Positions 9,816 through 19,724 of a DNA stretch of 64,000 nucleotides are shown one piece after another. Where the stretch lies: the NCBI GenBank assembly GCA_963796965.1, contig CAWCNS010000006.1:1-64000 (forward strand). The letters run 5' to 3'. Numbering within the stretch: position 1 is the stretch's first letter; each line of letters begins with the position of its first letter. This stretch comes from Calditrichia bacterium (lineage in GTDB: Bacteria > Calditrichota > Calditrichia > JAJRVZ01). The notes beneath the pieces are model-generated. The model saw only the letters and a program-made list of their open reading frames with translations. It was not told the DNA's origin and made no database searches. Position numbers and translations under genes: made by a program.

Positions 9816-10213
9816 TATGATGCTCCCCCGATATGAATTATCCCCCTGCTCCCGTCATTAACTATCTTAGTAATTAACGCATCAAACGGTAATTCGTTCA
9901 TATTTGAAAAATAGGAAACGAGCATAGGCACATTCACACCGGATATAATCGTAACATTTTTGTGTTGCTTACCAATCATATGGGCCAGACTCCAGCAACT
10001 TCCTCCAGCCAGATCTACAAAACAAACAATATGGTCCGGTTTTATATCTTTTATATTATCATTTATTTTTTGTGCCAAAACGGGAAGAGCATCAACTGAA
10101 TTTGTATAGGGAAACAGATTCTCTTGTTTTCCGATGATCTTTTCAACTACCCCTTGTAAACATAGGGCCATTTGTTCATGGGTTAGAATAAAAGTGATAA
10201 GAGCATTCTTCAT
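9815..10213 (-). CDS. PTS mannose-type EIIA
   Basis: ILTH phospho-His; FVDLAGGS; ISGVNVPML. Confidence 0.88.
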   Translation of the reverse strand: MKNALITFILTHEQMALCLQGVVEKIIGKQENLFPYTNSVDALPVLAQKINDNIKDIKPDHIVCFVDLAGGSCWSLAHMIGKQHKNVTIISGVNVPMLVSYFSNMNELPFDALITKIVNDGSRGIIHIGGAS

Positions 10214-11205
10214 TCTACATCACGTCGTAAATGTACTTCTTTTGGTATTGATCTCTCAGCCCTTTTAGCACGCATGTGTTCTTTAAGTCTGCGGTTAAAC
10301 TCTTTTGCCGTATGGTAACCCTGAATTTTGAGTAGCTCATTCATGGCAATTGTTTCGCATATAACTGTCATATTTTTTCCAGGATTGATAGGTAAATTAA
10401 CCAAAGGAATTTCCACATCAAGTACTTTGGTTTTCACCTCATCCAATCCCGTCCGATCCCAATGCTCTTTATCATCCCACTTATGAAGACGAATTTCAAC
10501 TTCTATTCGCTTCTGAAGTCTGACACCACGGATTCCGAAGACCTTCTTTACATCAACCAGACCAACCCCCCGCACTTCAAGATGGTGTTCGGATAATTCA
10601 CGGCCTTTACCAATCAGGATATCTTCTGCTGTTCTGGTGATTAACACAACATCGTCAGCCACCAGGCGATGTCCTCTCTCAACCAGATCAAGAGCAACCT
10701 CACTTTTACCGATCCCACTTTTGCCGGTGACCAACAAACCAACGCCATAGACATCAACCAATGAACCATGGACCGATACTTTCGGAGCAAACTTCAGATC
10801 CAGATAATCACTCATTAGATGAATTAAAGTGGTTGTGGTTAATGGTGTGCTAAAGACAGAAATACTTCTGCGTGTAGCTACCTGTAGAAGATGTTTGGGA
10901 ATTTTATTATCATTGGTGACAAGAATCAGTGGAATCTCAAACTCTATTAGTCGATCAATTGACTCATTTTGGTTTATTTCTGTTAGGCTCTTCAGATATC
11001 TCATTTCTGTATTGCCTAACACTTGTACTCGATCATAAGTAAACAGATCTACAAATCCAGCTAAAGCCAGGCCAGGACGGTGCGCATCACTTACTGTAAT
11101 CTTTCGATTAAAACCGTTCTCTGAGCTTTTTAAACTAAGCTTCAATCGTTCTTTGTTTTCTTTAAAAAACGTGTTAATTGTAATATGTTCGACAGGTGAT
11201 TTCAT
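10210..11205 (-). CDS. hprK: HPr kinase/phosphorylase
   Basis: HRPGLALAGF; HGSLVDVYGVG; GKSGIGKSE; GHRLVADD; LEVRGVG. Confidence 0.97.
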   Translation of the reverse strand: MKSPVEHITINTFFKENKERLKLSLKSSENGFNRKITVSDAHRPGLALAGFVDLFTYDRVQVLGNTEMRYLKSLTEINQNESIDRLIEFEIPLILVTNDNKIPKHLLQVATRRSISVFSTPLTTTTLIHLMSDYLDLKFAPKVSVHGSLVDVYGVGLLVTGKSGIGKSEVALDLVERGHRLVADDVVLITRTAEDILIGKGRELSEHHLEVRGVGLVDVKKVFGIRGVRLQKRIEVEIRLHKWDDKEHWDRTGLDEVKTKVLDVEIPLVNLPINPGKNMTVICETIAMNELLKIQGYHTAKEFNRRLKEHMRAKRAERSIPKEVHLRRDVE

Positions 11206-11264
11206 AGATAAGATTGTAATATATCAATTTCAACAGATAAAGTCTACGTATAAATGAGATTATT

Positions 11265-11347
11265 GGATTGGGGATTGGGGATTGGGGATTGGGGATTGGG
11301 GATTGGGGATATGGGGATTGGGGATTGGGGATTGGGGATTGGGGATT
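11265..11347 (+). repeat. (GGGGATT)n heptamer tandem repeat with 11 G4 tracts
   Basis: Directly visible; one unit is the 8-nt variant GGGGATAT. Confidence 0.97.
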
Positions 11348-11403
11348 TAAAAAAGGTGTCACTCAATTAATTACTTGTCAAATATTATTTACTCTTTATT
11401 TCA

Positions 11404-11494
11404 ATCACATATCCGGTATCTGATATCCCGGATCGCGTATCTCATATCACACATCTCATATCTCATATCCCGAAACTCGTATTTCATATCAGAT
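11404..11494 (+). repeat. Degenerate heptamer tandem repeat, 13 units, consensus about ATCTCAT
   Basis: atcacat atccggt atctgat atcccgg atcgcgt atctcat atcacac atctcat atctcat atcccga aactcgt atttcat atcagat. Confidence 0.85.
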
Positions 11495-11563
11495 ATAGCC
11501 CCCCCTACTCAAACCAACTCTTTTCCTCACATGATTTTTTCATTCCCTCTGCGCGATTTATAC

Positions 11564-11599
11564 AAAAAAAAGGGTGCCCTGTATGGGGACACCCTTTTT
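11564..11599 (-). terminator. Terminator after hpf (bidirectional shape)
   Basis: A8-GGGTGCCC-tgtat-GGGGACACCC-T5. Confidence 0.8.
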
Positions 11600-11618
11600 A
11601 TTAAAACTATAATTAAAT

Positions 11619-11939
11619 CTATACCGCAATTTTATCGGCTATTTTTTCATTGCCATGTTCGCGCATTCTTTCTTTAATCTTTTTAATCTGTCTTTCACAA
11701 TTATCCAGGGCCATATCGATCGATTTGTAAATATCATCTGAGCGTTCTTTTACAAATAGCGTTTTGTTATGTACCTTCAATTTCAACTCGGCAACCTGGG
11801 TTTGCTTCTCATAAGAAAGAATGACTTCCGTTTCAATAACACCTTCATAAACACGTTGTTTACGGGCAATACGATCGGTTAAATATTTTTTCATTCGATC
11901 AGATGCCTTGCCGCCTCTTGCGGTGATAGAGATGTTCAT
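11619..11939 (-). CDS. hpf: Ribosome hibernation factor HPF/RaiA
   Basis: MNISITARG...SDDIYKSIDMALDNCERQIKKIKE; AAGGAGG RBS. Confidence 0.92.
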   Translation of the reverse strand: MNISITARGGKASDRMKKYLTDRIARKQRVYEGVIETEVILSYEKQTQVAELKLKVHNKTLFVKERSDDIYKSIDMALDNCERQIKKIKERMREHGNEKIADKIAV

Positions 11940-12252
11940 TCATACCTCCTTTTTTATATATGTAAAGCAGTCTGCCGGTTATAACAACCAGATCCTGCGG
12001 AAAAAAACGAATAGCAATAATTACTGATTATGACTTTAAAAGTGAGAATGGCTAAAAAAAGAATTTTCATATATACTAGAACATTTTAGGGGTCAGGATG
12101 TATTCCCTAACCCGAAGATTTTGATAGTATGTTACTACTTATATAATATATATTTTCAATAAAATCAAATTGTCGTTTAAATCACACTTTTATTGAAAAA
12201 GTTTTATGCAATATTGAGCAACAAATATTTTCACAACAGATTGCTTCTTTCT

Positions 12253-12417
12253 CACGCAAAGACGCAGAGACAGCAAAGGGCGCAAAAAAGATATTTATAG
12301 ATTTTAACCACCTCCCCCTCGATCTCTCTCCTTTGTAAGGAGGGGGATGCAAGGGGGAGGTTTTTCAAAGATCATATTTTTATCCGTGTTCTCTGTGGTT
12401 TCTTTGAGTTCTTTGTG
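12253..12417. repeat. Composite palindromic (REP/MITE-like) intergenic element
   Basis: Nested hairpin ACCTCCCCCT...ATCTCTCTCCTT-tgt-AAGGAGGGGGAT...AGGGGGAGGT (12310-12361), flanked by CGCA(A/G)AG repeats on the left and CT(C/T)TG(T/A)G repeats on the right. Confidence 0.6.
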
Positions 12418-12457
12418 TTTAATTTTTTATTCGTGCAGCGGCACAGCGAGCGCATCC

Positions 12458-13390
12458 CTACTCTTCTCTCTTCTCTTTTCTCTCTTCTTTTTCACCAGAT
12501 GCGCTGGGGTGGGCGCGGGAATAAACAGATTTTAACCTTTCAATCGACGTATGTGTATAAATTTGTGTCGTTGACAAATTTGCATGTCCTAACAAATCTT
12601 TAACGGCCCTGATATCAGCACCCTGGTTCATCAGATGCGTAGCAAAGGTATGCCGTAAAACATGAGGGCTCTTCTTTTTAATATCGGATATTTTTCCTAA
12701 ATATTTACTAATAATTCTATGAACTAACATTGGGTACATCTTTTTCCCATTTTTAAGTACAAATACATGCGGTCCTTCTATCCCTAATTGCTTGTCACGC
12801 ATCTTCAAATATTTTTCCAGCATTTCGCTGGCATAACCGCCAATGGGGAGTATTCGCTCTTTCTCTCCTTTTCCGATCACCCGGATTAATCCCTGAGCGA
12901 GCATCAAATCGGATTGTTTTAAGTCAATCAACTCCGCTCGTCTAATCCCTGCCGCATAAAACAATTCTAACATAGATCTGTCGCGTACGCCTTCAAAAGT
13001 TTTTTCATCCGGCATTTCCATTAAAGATTCAATGTGCTCTATAGAGAGAAATTCCGGCAGGCGTTTTTCTATTCTGGGTGTGCGGGTGGTGAGGGTTGGA
13101 TTCAGAGATAAATAGTTATTTCGTGTAAGAAATTTAAAAAAGGACTTTATTGAAGTGCTAACTTTCGCGCAATACTGATCTTTCGCAGATTTTGTGTACT
13201 GAGCCAGCCTAAATAACCTCTTATAATGCGCTTATCAACAAGAGACCAATTAATTGTGTCGGTATGGAAAATATTCTTTTAAAAAGGATTCGAATTGCTG
13301 TAAATCATTCTGATAGGCTTCTACTGTATTCTCAGAGTACCGGCGTTCCAATTTTATATATTTTATAAATTCACGCTGATAACGATGCAT
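12458..13390 (-). CDS. xerC: Tyrosine recombinase XerC; frameshift near 13155
   Basis: Manual N-terminus [71 protein letters not shown]; conserved topA-xerC-hpf order. Confidence 0.9.
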
Positions 13391-15672
13391 TAAACAGCTG
13401 TCTCCTCCGTCGATGGGGTTACTACATTCTTACATTCCGGACATTGTAAAAAGTTCCCTTTTGCTTTGGTATATTTTTCAAGCAAATAATTATTTCCACA
13501 TTCAGGGCAGGGTGTATTTGCAGGTTTATTCCAGCTTACAAAATCACATTCCGGATATTTAGAGCAACCATAGAACACCTTTCCTCTTCTACTACGTCTT
13601 TCAATAACATCCCCCTCACACTTTTCATGGGGACATTTTATACCCAAAGGAATAGGTTTGGTGTTTTTACATGTAGGATAATCAGAACAGGCCAGAAAGC
13701 GGCCAAACCGACCGACTTTATAAACCATTTGTTTTCCACATTTTGTACAAATCTCATCGCTTGTCTGAGGTTCACTTTCTTCTTCTAATGGCTTTGGTAT
13801 TTTTACAGTCCGGGTACCCACTACAAGCAATAAAGCGACCATTTCGGCCCCAACGAATAACCATCGGTTTGCCACAGGCATCACAGGACATACCGGCTTC
13901 TTCCTGTAAATCGGACTTTATTTCTTCTTTTTTTGAATCGACTGAATCCATTGCTTTTTTAAAAGGTTTGTAGAAATCATTCATAACCTTTTCGTAATCA
14001 CAATCATGGCTGGCAATGCAATCAAGTTCACCTTCCATTTCAGCAGTAAATTTCACATCAAAAATATCGGGAAAATTTTTGATCAAAATAGTGTTTACCG
14101 TTTCACCCAATTCCGTTGCCAGCTAATTTATTTTCGCTTTTTTCAGCATATTTTCTTTTAAGAATAGTCGTGATAATCTGTGCATAGGTACTCGGCCGGC
14201 CGATACCAAGTTTATCTAATTCTTTTACCAGGGTACTCTCTGTATAACGAGCCGGCGGTTTGGTAAAATTCTGTTTGGGATCAATTTTTTGAAGGTTAAT
14301 TGCTTCATTTTCTTTCAATCCGGAGGGTATATCGCCCTCACTCATTTTCACCATTCGTTTCATCATTTTCAAGGTTTTGACCATATACCTTCAGGTAACC
14401 ATCAAAAACAAGAACCTCGCCTTCGGCTTTAAATAAATAGTTGCCGCCCCCTACCTCAACAATTGTTTTATCAAATATAGCCGGTTTCATCTGTGAGGCA
14501 ATAAACCGCTTCCAGATGAGGTCATATAATTTATACTGATCACGACTCAGGTGGCTTTGCAAGGTCCGCGGTTCGAATTCTGAATTGAGATAGGTTGGGC
14601 GGATTGCTTCATGGGCATCCTGCGCTGATTTTTTACTTTTAAATACACGCTCTTTTTCGTGTAAATAATTTTCACCATAGGACGATTTGACAAAACTACG
14701 CGCACCCTCTAGCGCTTCTTTACTAATCCTGAATGAATCAGTCCGCATATATGTAATTAGCCCAATACTTCCTTTTCCTGGAATCTCAACTCCTTCATAA
14801 AGCTGCTGTGCAATAGTCATAATTCTACTGGTCGAGTAATTAAAGAGACGTGCAGCAGCCTGTTGTAACGTACTGGTTATGAAGGGGGGAACAGGTTGCT
14901 TATTCACCTTTTTCCGGGTTAAAGTAGTAATGGATAGAGGGGTTTTATTTATCTCCTCCACATGAAACCCGGCATCCTTTTCCGTTTTAATATCCACCTT
15001 CTGAAATTTACCTGATTTCGCATCTTTTATTTTTATCAATTTTGCCCAGAAGGGTGATTGCGGGCTTCCTTTAACGAGGGCTTGAATCGTCCAGAACTCT
15101 TCTTCCACAAAATCCCGTATAACCTTTTCCCGTTCACAAACAAGCCTGAGAGCCACAGATTGTACACGGCCGGCGCTAAGACCGCGGTAAATTGTTTTCC
15201 AGAGAATAGGACTGACTTCATATCCTACAATGCGGTCAAGAACCCGCCGGGCTTGTTGTGAATAGACTTTGCCCATATCGAGGGGACGGGGAGATTGAAT
15301 GGCATTATTAACCGCATTTTTTGTTATCTCATTGAATTCGATCCGATGAACCTGCTTATCCTCTTTATCAAGTATTGAGGCGATATGCCAGGCAATTGCT
15401 TCACCTTCACGGTCAGGGTCAGTTGCGAGGTAAACGGTTGATACTTTTTGGGCATGGGTTTTTAGTTGTTTGATGATCTTTTCTTTTCCGCGAATTTTTA
15501 TATATTGCGGTTTAAAGCCATCTTCAACATTTACCCCAAATTTACTCTTGGGTAGATCAATCACATGACCGACTGAGGCCTCAACCTCAAAACCAGGTCC
15601 AAGATATTTTTTAATTGTTTTAGCTTTGCTTGGAGATTCTACAATTACCAGCGATTTTTCTTTCGAACTCAT
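13390..15672 (-). CDS. topA: DNA topoisomerase I, split into four ORFs by three frameshifts
   Basis: [59 protein letters not shown]-terminal zinc ribbons. Confidence 0.96.
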
Positions 15673-15839
15673 GAAATCCCTTTTCGGTTTCCTACAATTT
15701 ATAATTACAGATGCAATTTACGTTCCAATAACAAAAAATATTACCTGGAATGTTCCTTGTTGGCAAAAAAAATTTTAATTAGCGGGGCCAAAAAATGAAG
15801 AATAGAGAAATAACATTAAAAATTAATGCATATCAGTTA

Positions 15840-16304
15840 TTACTGAATGGGGATATCCCCCTGATAAAAAGGATGACCATTAAATGAAGAGCGACTATCC
15901 ATACCAAATAATATCGTTGCTACAATCGATTTCAAGTCATCGACCGAAATATCATCCTTTCCATATGCCACAGCCCGTTCAATAAACATCTCAATATCGC
16001 TTTCCTTTATAACCCCCAATTGAATTAATTGTAATAGGAAACCATAGGCATCGGGTGATATAACGAGCTTTTCAAATTCGGGATAATCTTCCAATTGATC
16101 ATTATACTCAATATCCATATTACCACGATCCTGATGTGGATTTTTCAGGTAATTAAAGATCCAGGAAAAAGCAAGATTAACTTCTCCATCGGTATAACCT
16201 TTCAACAACAGGTCTCGGGTCAGATCGATTTTATCTTTACCCTTACGATCCTGCTGCAGTTCATTGAGTAGATAAACAATTATTTCGAGAATTCGCTCTT
16301 GCAT
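15840..16304 (-). CDS. DUF494 / Smg family protein
   Basis: MQERILEIIVYL, GYTDGEVNLAFSW, ISPDAYGFLLQLIQLG; usual position upstream of topA. Confidence 0.82.
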   Translation of the reverse strand: MQERILEIIVYLLNELQQDRKGKDKIDLTRDLLLKGYTDGEVNLAFSWIFNYLKNPHQDRGNMDIEYNDQLEDYPEFEKLVISPDAYGFLLQLIQLGVIKESDIEMFIERAVAYGKDDISVDDLKSIVATILFGMDSRSSFNGHPFYQGDIPIQ

Positions 16305-16507
16305 CAGATCTTCTTTAAATCAAAGTACATAAAACCGTTTATAAAATCAAGAATTGTGGAATTGCCCCTTATTTCTCTCAATATATGACCCTTTTGGTAA
16401 TAACAATTGTGATAATTGTCAAATATTATCTGCCAAAAAAGAGTTTTCTAATTTTAAAGGGCAGACAGGTGACGGGTAATTAGAATTGGAATTTGGAATT
16501 TATACCA

Positions 16508-16804
16508 TTATGCGTCTTCGCACAGTTGCCTTATAAATTCATACGTATAAATACCTGTATCGTGCCCATCACTCCATTCAAGAGCAATGGCATAATTCCC
16601 TACATATCGCCACTTTTGCAATTCAATGTGTTTCTGCTCTGAACTAATCACTTTTAAGGGATCTTTATTCTCCCTTTCTTCCTGACAGGAAGCACAGGGA
16701 CAATGCTGTCTTAAAATTTTTGTAAAGCAAATCGTCTTTTCACCATTCTCCCATTGAATACTCAAAACAGTTTCACTAATCTGATCAATTCTTTCAGGTT
16801 TCAA
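16508..16804 (-). CDS. DUF971 (GBBH-like N-terminal) protein
   Basis: LRQHCPCASC; VGNYAI..WSDGHDTGIYTYEF. Confidence 0.9.
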   Translation of the reverse strand: MKPERIDQISETVLSIQWENGEKTICFTKILRQHCPCASCQEERENKDPLKVISSEQKHIELQKWRYVGNYAIALEWSDGHDTGIYTYEFIRQLCEDA

Positions 16805-16822
16805 CTGGATACTCCTGATCAG

Positions 16823-18076
16823 TTATGGTTTACTTTTCTCAGCCCATATTTGACTTAAATGTACAATAGTTTCTACCGCCTTTTCCATATTTTGTACCGA
16901 AACCCATTCTTTTTTACTATGAAAGTTATGCCCACCTGTAAAAACATTTGGCGTAGGTAGATCCATAAAACATAACCTTGCCCCATCTGTACCACCACGT
17001 ATTAGATTTTTAATTGGTGTTAATCCCGTACGACTGACCGCTTCCATAGCATATTCAAGTACCTGAGGATGTTTATCTAGAACCAGTTTCATATTGCGAT
17101 AAGATTCTTTTATTTCAACTGAAATTGAAGATTTTGGATATTTTGCCTGTGCTTTAGTGCAAAGATCTTCCAGATATTTCTCTTTATCGTGAAGCCCTTC
17201 AACGTCAAAATCACGGACAAGAAAGGTGATTTCTGTTTGCTCAACGCCCCCTTTAATTGCGTGAGCATGCAGGTAACCTTCTCTTTTTTCTGTTGTCTCT
17301 GGTGATATCCGATCATCTGGCAATTGATCAACAAGATAAGCACCGACTTTTATAGCACTCACCAATTTATCTTTGGCATAGCCGGGATGCACGTTTACAC
17401 CCTTTATTGTAACAATGGCGGTATCAGCGCAGAAGGTTTCGTCCTCAATCTCACCAGCTGTCTCTCCGTCAATAGTATAAGCATAGTCTGCTGCGAATTG
17501 CTCAACATCAAAATATTGTGTGCCGGTACCGACTTCCTCATCGACCGTAAATGCAACACGAATTTTACCATGCCCGATATTCGGATTTTCAATTAAATAT
17601 TTTAAGGCACCCATAATTTCTGCAATTCCTGCTTTATTGTCTGCACCCAGGAGCGTTGTACCATCGGTTGTAATGATATCATGCCCAAAACATTTCTTCA
17701 ATGCAGGATTCATATCAAATTCAATTATTTGGTTGGGATCATTTTTTAAAATAATATCACCACCCTGATAGTTTTTCACTATCTGGGGATTAACATCCTT
17801 ACCACTAACATCGGGGGATGTATCTACATGGGCAATATAACCAATCGTCGGGACAGCATAATCCACCGTTCCGGGCAAGGTTCCGAAAACATATCCATGT
17901 TCAGTGATTTCAACCTCTTCAAGACCCAATTCTTTTAACTCTAATAATAGAATTTTTGAGAGCTCCAGTTGTTTCAGAGTACTTGGATAAGTTTCTGAGT
18001 CATCGCTGGATTGGGTATCTATTTTCACATAGGCTAAAAATTTATCCAAAAATAAATCAGCAGAGATTGGTTTCAT
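16823..18076 (-). CDS. pepT: Peptidase T (tripeptide aminopeptidase, M20B)
   Basis: YVKIDTQS, AHVDTS, TDGTTLLGADNKAG, DEEVG, IRGGTDG, NFHS. Confidence 0.96.
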   Translation of the reverse strand: MKPISADLFLDKFLAYVKIDTQSSDDSETYPSTLKQLELSKILLLELKELGLEEVEITEHGYVFGTLPGTVDYAVPTIGYIAHVDTSPDVSGKDVNPQIVKNYQGGDIILKNDPNQIIEFDMNPALKKCFGHDIITTDGTTLLGADNKAGIAEIMGALKYLIENPNIGHGKIRVAFTVDEEVGTGTQYFDVEQFAADYAYTIDGETAGEIEDETFCADTAIVTIKGVNVHPGYAKDKLVSAIKVGAYLVDQLPDDRISPETTEKREGYLHAHAIKGGVEQTEITFLVRDFDVEGLHDKEKYLEDLCTKAQAKYPKSSISVEIKESYRNMKLVLDKHPQVLEYAMEAVSRTGLTPIKNLIRGGTDGARLCFMDLPTPNVFTGGHNFHSKKEWVSVQNMEKAVETIVHLSQIWAEKSKP

Positions 18077-18445
18077 TCTGAATCCTTAATATTTAAAAAA
18101 TAGTATCGATAATCACAATTTATTAGTTCTTATACTTAAATATAGCAAATTTTTTTCAATTATATTCATTCATTTTTTAGGCAACTTTCCTTTGATTAAT
18201 TCGGTATACCAATTATTCCAAAAATTATTTAGTGGTTAGCATCGGATTTTCATTTACATATCTACTCAACCGGTCTTTTTTATTTCAAATTGAGTTTTGA
18301 TTCCAAATACCCGTAGAACCAGGCAATCCTGATCTGTTCCCGTCAAACAGGAAGGACCTGTCACTCTAAACTATTCTTATATTGAGTACCATTTGAGAAA
18401 CAAAATTGTTTGAACAATCCCTTTTATTTAAAACTGGAGGCTGTA

Positions 18446-19581
18446 ATGAAAAGATTATCCTGGTTCATAATTTTATTCCTTCTTCCCCTGGGTAGTTTTG
18501 CCAACCCACAAACAGATGCTGATACAGATCGATTAATTACATTTCATATTTTCAACGGCGAGCGACCAATTGCGGATTCGCTGCTGGATATACAAATTGA
18601 TCGTCTTCCCGAAATCCCAAATATTACCTGCTAAAGTGTCAAAATTATTTCTACTCCCGATATTTTAATCCCGGCAATTTCAGCGGGGATTCTCTGATTC
18701 AGCTTATGTATCAATCAGCACAAAAGGCGATTGAGATCGGTGAAAAAAGAGAAATGACACTTGATAATAAATATTATGTGGGATCTGCCTATGGATATCT
18801 CGCCCGCTATCTAGGCCGTAGGGGAGAATATTGGAATGCCTATAAGGCAGCCAATACCGCCCGCACCTATCTCTACGATGTGCTGGAGAGCGATCCTTCT
18901 TATACTGATGCCAAACAGGAACTCGCAATTCAGACCTATTTCGCCGGTACAAGAGGCATGTATATTCAATTCCTGGCCTGGCTCGCTGATATTGGCAGTG
19001 ACCGGACACTGGCCCTTGAGCAGTTCCATGAAGTTGCTGAAAACGGAAGATTGAGTAAAGCAGAAGCCCGGTTTGTAACTTTTGCACTGTATCGTTTTAT
19101 CGAAAATGATCTGCAACAAGCAGAAGTATCGGGGACATCATTCCTTAATTCCTATCCCAATAATCTTTTTGTAGCGACCCAATTAGCACAAATAAAATTT
19201 TTAGCTCTGGTAGAATCCAAAGGTGTTGACTTTCTTGAGGCCGAATTTGATAGTCTAAGAAGTAAATACGGTGTTACAAATCCTAATGTGTTAAATTTAT
19301 TGGGTTATAATTTTATGAATCAGGGACGCATTGAGGATGCGATTAAAGTGCATAAGGCAAATATTCGCCTCTATCCCGATCTGGCCAATGGGTATGATAG
19401 CATTTCAGAGGCCTACCAATTGGCTGGAAATGCCGAGATGGCGATAAAGAATGCAAAAATATGTTTGGAGAAATTGCCAAATGATTCTACCATTACAGAA
19501 AATTTCAGGGAGATTGTCCGGGAAGCCAGCAAAGCCCGGATTGATACCCTGGGAGGTGATGTTGGAGAGGTAAATATCTGA
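18446..19581 (+). CDS. Secreted TPR protein; frameshift near 18612
   Basis: Signal peptide MKRLSWFIILFLL after GGAGG; TPR motif LNLLGYNFM..GRIEDAIKV...YPDLANGYDSISEAY. Confidence 0.75.
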
Positions 19582-19724
19582 TAACCATTTAAACAGTTCT
19601 GGTCACATCGATTCTGTTATTTTTACGTATAAATCTTTTGGGACGTCCCCCGTCAAGAGCACACTCCCACCGGGACGTCTCTACATAGGATCAATCCGTT
19701 CATTCTGCAAAATATAACATACCG

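Noticed and set aside
11174..11677. ORFs 11174-11362 (PQSPIPN repeats) and 11375-11677
   Set aside because: Translations of the heptamer arrays, overlapping real genes; no sign of coding function.
11945..12115. Structured leader (raiA-motif RNA) upstream of hpf
   Set aside because: Two isolated hairpins are visible but I cannot match them to a known RNA family; an Rfam/Infernal search would be needed.
12136..12165. dif-like site near xerC (also partial AACATAATATAT near 22860)
   Set aside because: Only one arm or the spacer resembles dif; the XerD arm TTATGTTAAAT is not matched. AT-rich chance similarity.
12458..13390. XerC as the island integrase
   Set aside because: It is the housekeeping XerC in conserved topA-xerC-hpf context and lacks an arm-binding domain; the island repeats do not resemble dif.
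13390..15672. Programmed frameshifting or true pseudogenisation of topA and others
   Set aside because: Indels are scattered across many unrelated genes without consistent slippery sites; sequencing error is the simpler explanation.
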